NCBI GenBank assembly: GCA_018304585.1
Contig: JAGVVY010000030.1
Span: 21,434-79,389 of the forward strand
Length of the DNA: 57,956 nucleotides
Direction: 5' to 3'
From: Candidatus Aenigmatarchaeota archaeon
GTDB lineage: Archaea; Aenigmatarchaeota; Aenigmatarchaeia; GW2011-AR5
Positions within the stretch are counted from its first letter, which is position 1. Each line of letters begins with the position of its first letter. A program made the position numbers and the translations under genes. This document shows positions 8,770 through 17,900 of this stretch, in pieces. Below the pieces are notes generated by a model. It saw only the letters and a list, made by a program, of their open reading frames with translations. It ran no database searches and was not told the origin of the DNA.

Positions 8770-9906
8770 TTATTGGCCGTAGCGGGCAAGAAGCTTGGAG
8801 AATTTATCCATGAATAGGTCTGTATCGTTCATCGTGCCGATGCTTATTCTTGCGGTGTTTGGCGGGTCGCTTCTGGGCCTTATCAGCAGCCTTTCGTCCC
8901 TCAGAAACCCATATGCGTCGCGGGCACTAAACGGCATGCCGTTGAAATCGACAAGATGGAAGTTCGCGTCGCTCGGGTAGAACCTGACGCCCTTTCTTCG
9001 ATAAAATTCTTCAACTACCGGCTTGGACCGCGCCATCACCTCGGCCGCATAGCGCGCAATATCGTCGCGTACTTCGGGCAGTTCGAGCGAAGTCAACGCT
9101 GCAGCCGCCGCCATATTGACGTCGTAGGGGCCTCGTATCTTCCTTAGTTGCGCAATGTTATCCGGCGCGGAAGCCGCGTAGCCGGCGCGCAGGGACGCTA
9201 TTCCCAGGGCCTTGGAAGCGGTCCTTGTGACGAACACGTTCGGATATGCAGTGAGATCTATCAGCGTCCCTTTCGGATTGAATTCATGATAGGCTTCGTC
9301 TATGAGAACGGCAATCTCGCGCCTGCCGGCCTCTTTTATAATTTCCTCTGCCTTTGCCTTGTCGACCGCTCTTCCGGTAGGATTATTGGGGGTGCACATT
9401 AGCACAAGTTTCGGGCGTTGTTCAAGGCTTTCATATACTTCTTCGTACGGATATTCCAGTTCCGGCCCGGCATATCGCGGCGCGAGAATGCGGGCGCCCT
9501 GGACGCCGGCAGACTGGTAAAACATGGCAAAACTGGGGGAAGGCACGACCGCAACGTCTCCGTTTCCGGCTATTCCCCTGAATATTACGTCTATGGCTTG
9601 GTCCGAGCCGTTTGTGCAGATTATTTGGCCCGGAGCAACGCCTGCGTATCCGGCAACGGCGGCGTCCATTCTTCCGTATTCCGGATACACGCGGACTTTA
9701 CCGGAACGAACGAAATCGTCTATTCTTTGCAATACCAGAGGATGAGGCTCTGTAGTCCTTTCGTTGAAATCATGAAGGCCATAGCCGCCCGACCTTCCTT
9801 CAAGCGGCGGGGCGTATTCTCCCATTTCGAGTATATTCGGCCTGAACATTGGAGCCATCTTATCTATATAATCCTGCATATAGCTTTCAAAAAAGTGAAA
9901 TCCCAC
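8770..9906 (-). CDS. Class I/II PLP-dependent aminotransferase (HisC-like)
   Basis: CTPNNPTG and TRTASKALGIASLRAGY (PLP lysine context), typical of histidinol-phosphate/aromatic aminotransferases. Confidence 0.8.
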   Translation of the reverse strand: MGFHFFESYMQDYIDKMAPMFRPNILEMGEYAPPLEGRSGGYGLHDFNERTTEPHPLVLQRIDDFVRSGKVRVYPEYGRMDAAVAGYAGVAPGQIICTNGSDQAIDVIFRGIAGNGDVAVVPSPSFAMFYQSAGVQGARILAPRYAGPELEYPYEEVYESLEQRPKLVLMCTPNNPTGRAVDKAKAEEIIKEAGRREIAVLIDEAYHEFNPKGTLIDLTAYPNVFVTRTASKALGIASLRAGYAASAPDNIAQLRKIRGPYDVNMAAAAALTSLELPEVRDDIARYAAEVMARSKPVVEEFYRRKGVRFYPSDANFHLVDFNGMPFSARDAYGFLRDERLLIRPRSDPPNTARISIGTMNDTDLFMDKFSKLLARYGQ

Positions 9907-9957
9907 AAAAGTGATACGCGGGGCGGTTTTTTATTTTTTACGCGGAAGGATATTAAG

Positions 9958-10644
9958 ATGGAAATCAAGTATTCCTTTATAATCCCGACGAGAAACGAGC
10001 AGGATTACCTGAAAGGGTGCATGGATTCTATCAAGAATCAGACCGTTAAAAGCCATGAAATAATCGTGGTCGACGGCCTGTCGCAGGACGGCACGGTGGC
10101 TGCCGCGAAGCGGGAAGGCGCAAGAATTATCTACGAGAAGAGAAAGGGGCCGTCCGTCGCAAGGAACGCCGGCGCCCGCGCGGCAAGGGGCAGGGTGCTG
10201 GTTTTCACGGACGCCGACGTGAGGTTCCCGCCTGATTTTCTTGAGCGTCTCGGTGACATTCAGGGCGGCTGCATGTTTGATTTAAGATTCTGGGACGCCG
10301 GCTTTGCCGGGAACGCCATACTTGCGTCATGGAACGTCGTTTTGAGGGTTTTCATGGCCGGGGGCATGGTCGCAACAAACGGCTCGTGCCTTGCGTTCGA
10401 CCGAAGAACATTCGAGAAAATCGGCGGTTTTCGCGACGACCTGCTTACCAATGAAGACCATGACATAGCAATACGCGCGGCAAAGGCGCAGGGCTTCTTT
10501 TTCTGCCCGCTGAAAGTTCTCACGTCTGCGCGAAGGATAAGGAGGACCGGAATTCTCGGTTATATCGGCGTTCATTTCACGAACACCAAGAACTACATGG
10601 TGCACGGCGCATCTAACCCGGACTACTGGGATCACGGGAAATGA
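9958..10644 (+). CDS. Glycosyltransferase family 2
   Basis: MEIKYSFIIPTRNE...IIVVDGLSQDGT...ARNAGA..A.G..LVFTDADV. The track ORF 9418.. extends antisense through the aminotransferase, so the ATG at 9958 was chosen. Confidence 0.85.
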   Translation: MEIKYSFIIPTRNEQDYLKGCMDSIKNQTVKSHEIIVVDGLSQDGTVAAAKREGARIIYEKRKGPSVARNAGARAARGRVLVFTDADVRFPPDFLERLGDIQGGCMFDLRFWDAGFAGNAILASWNVVLRVFMAGGMVATNGSCLAFDRRTFEKIGGFRDDLLTNEDHDIAIRAAKAQGFFFCPLKVLTSARRIRRTGILGYIGVHFTNTKNYMVHGASNPDYWDHGK

Positions 10645-11173
10645 CTGCGGCAAGCGCTGAAGGAAGTTCAATAATGCCGTCGCTGCCGCTGAAATGCCCT
10701 TTTCCTTTTTCTATTACAAGCTTAGCGCCGAGTTTTGCTGCAAATTCTTTTCCTGCAGTCAAGGGCACCGTGTCGTCATTGTCCGAAAGGATCGCGGTAA
10801 TTTTGCCTGCTCTGGACGTGACTTTGCCGATGTCAAGCGGGAGCGAATAGAACTCAGAAATTTCCGGTATGTTTATGCTGTTGCTGAATCCTGCCACGAA
10901 AACGCAGCCGCCGGCTTCGCCGTCTTGCGACGCAAGATATCTGGCTATCAAAATACAACCCAAGCTATGCCCTACAAAATAAGTTTCATTATCAACGCGG
11001 CCAACCGCTTTATGCGCGGTTTTAAGCCATTCGACGACTTTTGGCATGTCAGGTTGCGGCATTGCCGGCACCGCCGCCCGGAATCCGCGTTCTTCAAGCC
11101 GGCTTTTCAGCCAGGGGAACCATCCTTCGCCAGGGCGGCCGTTCCAGCCGTGTATAATGAAAGCCCTTTTCAT
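10613..11173 (-). CDS. Alpha/beta serine hydrolase (YdeN/RBBP9-like)
   Basis: MKRAFIIHGWNG.P..GWFPWLK..L and the nucleophile elbow GHSLG. Confidence 0.7.
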   Translation of the reverse strand: MKRAFIIHGWNGRPGEGWFPWLKSRLEERGFRAAVPAMPQPDMPKVVEWLKTAHKAVGRVDNETYFVGHSLGCILIARYLASQDGEAGGCVFVAGFSNSINIPEISEFYSLPLDIGKVTSRAGKITAILSDNDDTVPLTAGKEFAAKLGAKLVIEKGKGHFSGSDGIIELPSALAAVISRDPSSPG

Positions 11174-11177
11174 GTTT

Positions 11178-12296
11178 TCATCTCTTCAGAACCTCAGCAT
11201 ATAACGACTCGAGCTTTTCCGCGGAGGTCTTTATGTCGTATTTTTTCTTTATCGCTGACGTGGACAGCCTTGTCCTGTTTCTCAGGTATTTAGCTACCGC
11301 CGGGGCAAACGTCTTCTTCGTCGCCACTGAGCCTATCTTGTTTTCCCGGACGAAGTCGCCTACGACAGGGGCTTCCATGACAACGCACGGCAGCCCTGCG
11401 AACGCGGCTTCAAGAAGCACTATGCCCTGCGTTTCCGTTTCAGATGCCATAACAAATACGTCGGCCGCATGATAGAAGCCCTGGAGTTCTTCTTCCTTGA
11501 GGTAGCCCGTAAAAATCACATTTTCCGCTATCCCCAGCTCCAGCGCTTTTTGTTCAAGGGCCTTGCGATAAGGCCCGTCTGACGCCACGACAAGGGCGGC
11601 ATCGCCCTTGGCAAGCACGGAAGTGAGCATGGACATGATTTGCCCTATATTTTTTTCTTCGGTGACGCGCCCTACATGCAATATAATTTTCCTGGCCAAG
11701 CCGAACTTCTTCTTCACGTTCCTGTCATAGCTCTTCGCAGCCGTCTCTATGCCCGTAGGCAGCACATGAACGTTCCTGATGCCGTTCTTTTCGAGGACGC
11801 GCTTTATCTCCCGCGTCGGCGCTATGACGGCATTGCATTTGTTGTAGAAGCTTCTGAGATACGACCAGGACATCTTTTTCAGGTACGATTTTATCCATTT
11901 CACTTCCATGAGGCGCCTACTCGTCACAAGATAATGCAGATATTCCGGGAACAGCGTGTGGAACGTGCCTACCACGGGAATCTTGCGCCTTCTTGCGAAC
12001 ATAATGCCCGCAAGCCCTGTAGTGAAGGGGCTGTGAACGTGCACGATGTCAAAGCGAACCTTGCTGAAAAGATTGTCATAGACTATGCTATGGGGAAGGG
12101 CGATCCTGTAGCCGGGGTAATTCCTGAACTCAATGGACGAGAACCCGTAGGAAAATTTATCCCCGGTTTTCGAGGGAGATAGCATGTATACCGAATGCCT
12201 CTTCCGGAGTTCCCTGGCAAACAAGTCTATAGAGCGGACTACCCCGTTTATCTGGGGCTTGTACGTATCGGTAAAGAACGCTATTCTCATTGCCAT
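11178..12296 (-). CDS. Glycosyltransferase family 4
   Basis: N-terminus MRIAFFTDTY.PQINGV and a C-terminal E..G....EA.A.G.P motif. Confidence 0.85.
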   Translation of the reverse strand: MAMRIAFFTDTYKPQINGVVRSIDLFARELRKRHSVYMLSPSKTGDKFSYGFSSIEFRNYPGYRIALPHSIVYDNLFSKVRFDIVHVHSPFTTGLAGIMFARRRKIPVVGTFHTLFPEYLHYLVTSRRLMEVKWIKSYLKKMSWSYLRSFYNKCNAVIAPTREIKRVLEKNGIRNVHVLPTGIETAAKSYDRNVKKKFGLARKIILHVGRVTEEKNIGQIMSMLTSVLAKGDAALVVASDGPYRKALEQKALELGIAENVIFTGYLKEEELQGFYHAADVFVMASETETQGIVLLEAAFAGLPCVVMEAPVVGDFVRENKIGSVATKKTFAPAVAKYLRNRTRLSTSAIKKKYDIKTSAEKLESLYAEVLKR

Positions 12297-12299
12297 CGC

Positions 12300-13388
12300 C
12301 TAAAACGTATATTCTATCACGGGCATGAATATCACAACCGTGACTGCTATCACTATCCAGAAAAATATAAAACCTATGATTATCGAGTCTGCAGCGAGCT
12401 TGCGGAACCCTTCCTTGTCCTGGCCGTTCTCTATGCCGTTGATGAACATCGCCAATACAAGGCAGGTTTCGAGAAGGTAAATGCCTACCACGAAGATGAA
12501 TTCAAAGGGCGTTGTGGACGTTTGGTAGAAGCTGCTGAGGAAAGGCACGCCTGGCAGATTCTGCGCCTGCTGGCCTATGCTCCCGAGTATCTTGAGTATC
12601 ATGAGCGTGAGGGTAATCACTATGCCGGTTATCATCGGCGACATGAAGAACGCCTGGAATTTCATGGAGCTCAACGGATCGTTAAGCTCGGCCCGTATGT
12701 CTTCCTGCGTGGCGTGCAGGTTCTTCAGGTACGTGGCAACGGACAGCATGGCGGCTGCGGCGTTCCTTGAACCCTTTACAGACGATTCGACTACCGTGGT
12801 CATGACGGACTTGATGAGCTTTGACGGGTAATACCTGATTGCCCCGTATCTTGCGTCAAAGAACGCCTGGCGGAACGTCATCCCGAGATTGCGTATGTTG
12901 TCCAGCGCCCTTATGAAGAAACCGCGGATTTTCAGGTTCTTGGTTGCGCGAACGCTCTGCTCAAGGGCTTTTTCTACGGGTATGCCGCTCGAAAGGTTAT
13001 TGCCCATGCGGAAAAGCGTGTCCCCGAATTCCTGCTCGACCTGCAGGGTTTTCTCCCTGACCTGCATTCCCTGGAATGTTGTGAGATAAAAATAAGCCGC
13101 TATTCCGGCAGCAACCGAGCCGGTAATAAGAAGCGCTGCTAAGATACTCTCAGTGCCTTCTGCCTGGAAGAAAAGAACGCCAAGAACTGCCATGACAAGG
13201 AACGTGCCCAAAGCAAATGGGAGCGCTTTCATCTCGCGGCCTTTATCTACAAAAAATCTGCCTGATTTGGGAACTTCCGGACTCTCCGTTATGTCTATTT
13301 TGCTGAACGTCGCCGGCCTCTTTTCTAGTATTCCTTTTATCATGAAGAAAAGTATGAGAAGGCCCGACGTCAAGGAAGACGGAGACAA
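12300..13388 (-). CDS. FlaJ/TadC-like type IV filament platform protein, C-terminal half
   Basis: Polytopic membrane protein with a cytoplasmic helical domain between TM blocks (T2SS-F-like architecture). The track start is TTG; the first ATG is at 13343. It overlaps the upstream half by 100-146 nt. Confidence 0.65.
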   Translation of the reverse strand: MSPSSLTSGLLILFFMIKGILEKRPATFSKIDITESPEVPKSGRFFVDKGREMKALPFALGTFLVMAVLGVLFFQAEGTESILAALLITGSVAAGIAAYFYLTTFQGMQVREKTLQVEQEFGDTLFRMGNNLSSGIPVEKALEQSVRATKNLKIRGFFIRALDNIRNLGMTFRQAFFDARYGAIRYYPSKLIKSVMTTVVESSVKGSRNAAAAMLSVATYLKNLHATQEDIRAELNDPLSSMKFQAFFMSPMITGIVITLTLMILKILGSIGQQAQNLPGVPFLSSFYQTSTTPFEFIFVVGIYLLETCLVLAMFINGIENGQDKEGFRKLAADSIIIGFIFFWIVIAVTVVIFMPVIEYTF

Positions 13389-14226
13389 GCGGGAACATGA
13401 CGAACCCCAGCAGCGGAAGTATTATGCCCATGGCGTGAAGGAACATGACGGGCGTATTCAAATCCTGAGTGAAATGCTGCGCCGACTCACGGTTGCCTGC
13501 AAGTATGACCTGCACCGCCTGGTCAAGCATCGTCAGCCTGCGTTCCTCGGTCTGCGACAGCGAGCCTATGAGAAGGTCGATTGATTCCAAAAACTCGCGG
13601 TTTTCTTTCCACTTCGTGCTGTACGCCAGCAGCCCGTCCTGCATGCTGACAAAATTCCCCACTTCCACGTCCCACATCAGCTTTCTTAGTTCATACACAA
13701 GCTTGCCTGACAGGTTCTCGGCCGAGAACTCCATCGCGCCTTCGAGGTTTGGGTTGTTCCTCATGTAGATTGCCATGTACAGTATCATGTTCACTATCTC
13801 CGAGCCGGTCTCTATCTCGTACATCTTCCTGAGATGGAAAGGATAATTGTAAAGATAGACAAGGAACGGCAGGAAAACAAGAAGCGCCATTGCCGCCTGC
13901 CCGGGCGGAAGCCCCGGATAGCCGAGGAAATTGGAAACGGCCAGCGCAAGCAGCGGAAGGGATACGACGACGCCAAGAAGCACCGTCAGCGACGCCACGC
14001 CTTCCGGCGTTGCCTTCAGGTGCGAAAAGTCGATGGCATCCTGCATTTTTTCCTTTTCTTTTCCGCTCATGCTTATCGTCAGCAACCTGAGCGAAAAACG
14101 GCAGGCCTTTTCATAGATGGAGACGGGGAGCGTCTTGAGCTTCTCCTCTTCCTTGAATATCTTGTATTCCCGCGACTCTATCTTTCCCGGGACGGCAAGA
14201 GACCGCCTGTTGTCGCGCAAGGCCAT
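13243..14226 (-). CDS. FlaJ/TadC-like platform protein, N-terminal half
   Basis: Same architecture. The last ~45 aa (SHTFLHDKRNTRKEAGDVQQNRHNGESGSSQIRQIFCR) are non-membrane-like and overlap the next ORF. Confidence 0.65.
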   Translation of the reverse strand: MALRDNRRSLAVPGKIESREYKIFKEEEKLKTLPVSIYEKACRFSLRLLTISMSGKEKEKMQDAIDFSHLKATPEGVASLTVLLGVVVSLPLLALAVSNFLGYPGLPPGQAAMALLVFLPFLVYLYNYPFHLRKMYEIETGSEIVNMILYMAIYMRNNPNLEGAMEFSAENLSGKLVYELRKLMWDVEVGNFVSMQDGLLAYSTKWKENREFLESIDLLIGSLSQTEERRLTMLDQAVQVILAGNRESAQHFTQDLNTPVMFLHAMGIILPLLGFVMFPLVSVFLDVGPSHTFLHDKRNTRKEAGDVQQNRHNGESGSSQIRQIFCR

Positions 14227-14268
14227 GAATAATTATTGCAAGGGTAATATTAAATTGCAACTAAACAG

Positions 14269-14928
14269 TTAATCTTGATCGCCAAGCTTCCTAAAGACAT
14301 AAATGATAACCCCACCCAATATTACGATAAATGCCGCAGTAGCAAGAATTATAGCATCAGGATTCGTTTGTTTTGCTTCAGGAGGCTCGAGAGCCGAACA
14401 GTCTGCATCTGCCGTAGGCGCGCAATCAATATCGCATATTCCGTCTGCAACGGCGTCGCAGTAATCGTCAGCCGAGCCTGAGCGGCAGTCTTTTGAACAC
14501 GATTCGTAGCTCTCGTGAGGCTGGCATGCGTTGTCGCCGCATGTATTTGAGAATAATGTTAATGAAATAGCGCCGGCAGTTCGGTTATTTTCATCGTATA
14601 TGTTGAGTTGTTTTGCGTCTGGAAAATAAGGGATTTTAAGAGTGATGTTATTCGTTTCAAACACCAGAGGCTCCAGTCCCTCTATGGTTATTTCTTCGCG
14701 GAAACTGAAATATATCTTGTAGAGAGGCCTGTCTTCAAAGGAAATAAGTTCGCCGCTGTAAGAGCCTAATGTCATAGGGAAATAGGAAACCCTGCCCGGC
14801 TTTACAGATACCGTGCTGTTTGCAATATCATCCCTGTATATGGTTATGTCATAATAACTGTATTGCTGAGCGAAAGATATCCCGGAAAATACCAATGCCG
14901 CAACCAGCAAAAATATATTTCCTTTCAT
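14269..14928 (-). CDS. Type-I membrane-anchored secreted protein, Cys/Asp-rich stalk
   Basis: Signal peptide MKGNIFLLVAALVFSGISFAQQ; CGDNACQPHESYESCSKDCRSGSADDYCDAVADGICDIDCAPTADADC; C-terminal TM plus RKLGDQD. Its ATG directly abuts the giant gene stop (TGAATG). Confidence 0.7.
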   Translation of the reverse strand: MKGNIFLLVAALVFSGISFAQQYSYYDITIYRDDIANSTVSVKPGRVSYFPMTLGSYSGELISFEDRPLYKIYFSFREEITIEGLEPLVFETNNITLKIPYFPDAKQLNIYDENNRTAGAISLTLFSNTCGDNACQPHESYESCSKDCRSGSADDYCDAVADGICDIDCAPTADADCSALEPPEAKQTNPDAIILATAAFIVILGGVIIYVFRKLGDQD

Positions 14929-17900
14929 TCATGCCACCTTCATCGGCGCAGGGCTGGCCGGGGAGTAGGGTATATTGCCGTTGATGATGCTTGAGATCTT
15001 GGCCGCATCTGTGGTGCCCCACCAGTTGTTGGTGGCGAGAACATCCTGACTTGCGGGATCTGTAGATACTGCATACATGCACCCGTTGCAATATATGTCG
15101 TTTTCCATTATATATATGGAACTGCTTTTCCCGGCTATATTGACGCCGGTTCTCTTTGTACGGATGACGTTGTTCTGTATCACAGTATCTTTGGTGTCTT
15201 CAGTGAACACGTCCGTATTAGCGTTCTCTTCCAAGACGTTGTCGATAATATGATTTCCGGTGGATTCCGACGTTTCATAATCCCTTTCTGCCATGCGTTC
15301 CCAAAAGTTTATACCGTTCCTGTTGTTATTGGTTATGGTGTTTTTTTCTACGCTCATGGTTGAGGGCCTTTCCGCGGCTATGCCGTCGTTCCTGTTGCCG
15401 GATATTGCATTGCCGATGACTTCCGTGTTTATGGTGTAGCTCAGCCAGAAACCGTAGTTGCTGTCCGATGCGATATTATTATAGAATTTATTCCCGGAGG
15501 CAAATACGGCCTCGAAGGCGTTGTGGGGGCTGCCGGTTGCGTCGTTGAACGCCACATAATTGTCCTTGGAGTCGCCACGTCTTCCGTTAAGGAAGAATCC
15601 ATCGCCTCCATAACTCATGTCATTGCTTGTTATCCTGTTGTTGGAGGAGGATGCCACAAGAAGCACGGCCGCGGAGTCGCAACCGCACCCGTATGTTGTC
15701 GAGTCTATGCCTGCAGCCCGGCATAGGTCGCTGGGTGCGTCCTTGCTGCATGCCCTGTTGGCGTAGCTGAAGTCGTTGCGGTCTATCTCGTTGTTGTTGG
15801 AGCCGTATAGTTTTATTCCATAGCCGGTGTTATGGTCGGCTTCATTTTTGGATACCCTGACGTCATTCACGTTCAGGAAGCTTATGCCGTCCTGCTGGTT
15901 GCGCAGGATGCTGTTTTCTATTGCACCGCCCTTGACATCGCTGAAAAATATTCCCCCGCCCCACGGCTCTTTCTTATGTATGTCCAGAAAGACGTCATGG
16001 TCTTCGACTCTGTAATTGTTTGATATGTCGCTGTCTGTTATCTTCACGTTTGAAGATTTTTCGGCAAAGACGCCGATGAAGTACTTGGACACCTTGCAAT
16101 TCTTCACTTCCACGTTGTTGGCATTTATACGAATACCATATCCCTGATAATTCCCTTCCAGTGCCGCCCCGTTGCAATCGAGCACGGTATCATCGGAATT
16201 TATTATGATGCCCGGAATTGACTGGGCCGTTGCCCTGTATACTTTGTCGCATAACTTGACGTTGCCGTCTATTATGGTAAGCCCGGCAACCTCTTGGCAT
16301 CCTTCTTCATATATAGGCTGGGTCGGAAGATGCGTCGGCGCATTGATTATGCAGGAAAGGAACTTATTATTATTCTGAGCATTCCATGCCGAGCATGTGT
16401 TTATATCGTATGCGCTTCCCGGCCGGGCGTAACAGCAGTTTATCACGTTGACGATATGGCGTTTTGACAGATCGTTGTATTCGGCAATATTTCCCGAGCC
16501 CATTACGCTTGTTTTTGAGGAGCGGAAGCCGCCGTATCCACCGCAACCGTAATAGCAGGCGGTTCCTGCCTGGCAAGACGTTGCAAAATTGACGTTGGCA
16601 ACATACGGGAATTCGCACGCGCCCTTACCGCCGTTCCCATCCGGGAGCCAGATGCAAGAATACGTGTCTCGACCATACGAGTATTTCTTATCTTCGCATG
16701 ATGACTTATCGGTTATTTTGAAGCATTCGGGGCCTGCTCCGAATGCCGGCGCGCCGCACCATTTCGGGCAGCCGGCAACATCGCAGTTGGGCGCAGCCAC
16801 GGCCGACATTCTGGGCGGCGCGGCAAAGTACTCGTCCGCAAGGTCTGCAAATGTGTGGCCGAACTCGTGTAACGTAGCCCCCTTTGTGTCGGCAGTCGAA
16901 GAATAGCGGGTGATCTGGGTTCCGAATTTTATTCCTCCACTGTATCCGGCTGCATAGCCAAGTCCATTATTGTCCAGCACTATTGTCACATCCCTGAAAG
17001 GACATTTTTCGGCAGAAAGAGACTTAAAGTATTCGAGGCATTGCCACCCATTTTGTGTGATATCGCAATCCTTCCGAACGTCCGCCGGCGCATACCAGAC
17101 GTTGAATTTGTCGCGGTAGGTGCTGTAGGGTTCCTTCGAGAGAAGGTAGTTTATGTGAGTGGGCAAAACAACATCCACGAATTTATATGTTTCTTCCGGT
17201 GCATAATTATTGGACATTACTACTATGTCAATGTTGTCGTCTGAATCACCTCTGTTATCCACCGGTATGCATGCGTCTGTATAGGTGACTGCAAAGCTTG
17301 CCGAATCTGCGACGATTACGTCATTGAACGCCAAGTCTATGGCGTATTCGCCTTCCGCGAAATTTGCCGAATCTATTTTCGCCCCATAAATTCCGTCATT
17401 GGGGGCGCGGTCACCGTGACTCCCATCGTCGTAAAGCGGAATGGTTATGACGCCCGAGGTTTCTGAGTCGGCCGCCAGGGAAGCCCGTTTTATTTGCGCC
17501 GTTGTGCGAAGGCCGGGTTGTGCAGTGGCAACGATGGAAAATTGTGTCCCGGAGGGTCCTGCAGTCGGAGTGATTGATATTTTCAAATCAATGCCTGTGT
17601 TTTTCACGGGTACTGAAGGGAATGCAAGCACATACATGGCGCCAGGACTACTAGCGAGGAACCCGAAATCGTTTATGACTATCACGCCGTAGTCATCGAT
17701 TATTTTCTCGCCGTATTTTACGCCCTCTGCAGGAGGGACAATTTCATCGGTTCCATCGATGGTCATTATGTATTGGCCGTTTGCGTTTCTGACACTGAAT
17801 GTGTTTTTGCCGAGGGAATCCGCCACTTCCTCCAGGTTTTGTCCTTGAGGCAACTCAACGGTAATATGTCTGGCTAGGTACCGTGCCGTTTTTCCCGGCT

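Noticed and set aside
9418-9957. The 180-aa N-terminal extension of the GT2 ORF in the track.
   Set aside because: It runs antisense through the aminotransferase gene and has junk-like composition. The GT2 fold begins at MEIKYSFIIPTRNE (ATG at 9958), preceded by a T-rich promoter-like spacer.
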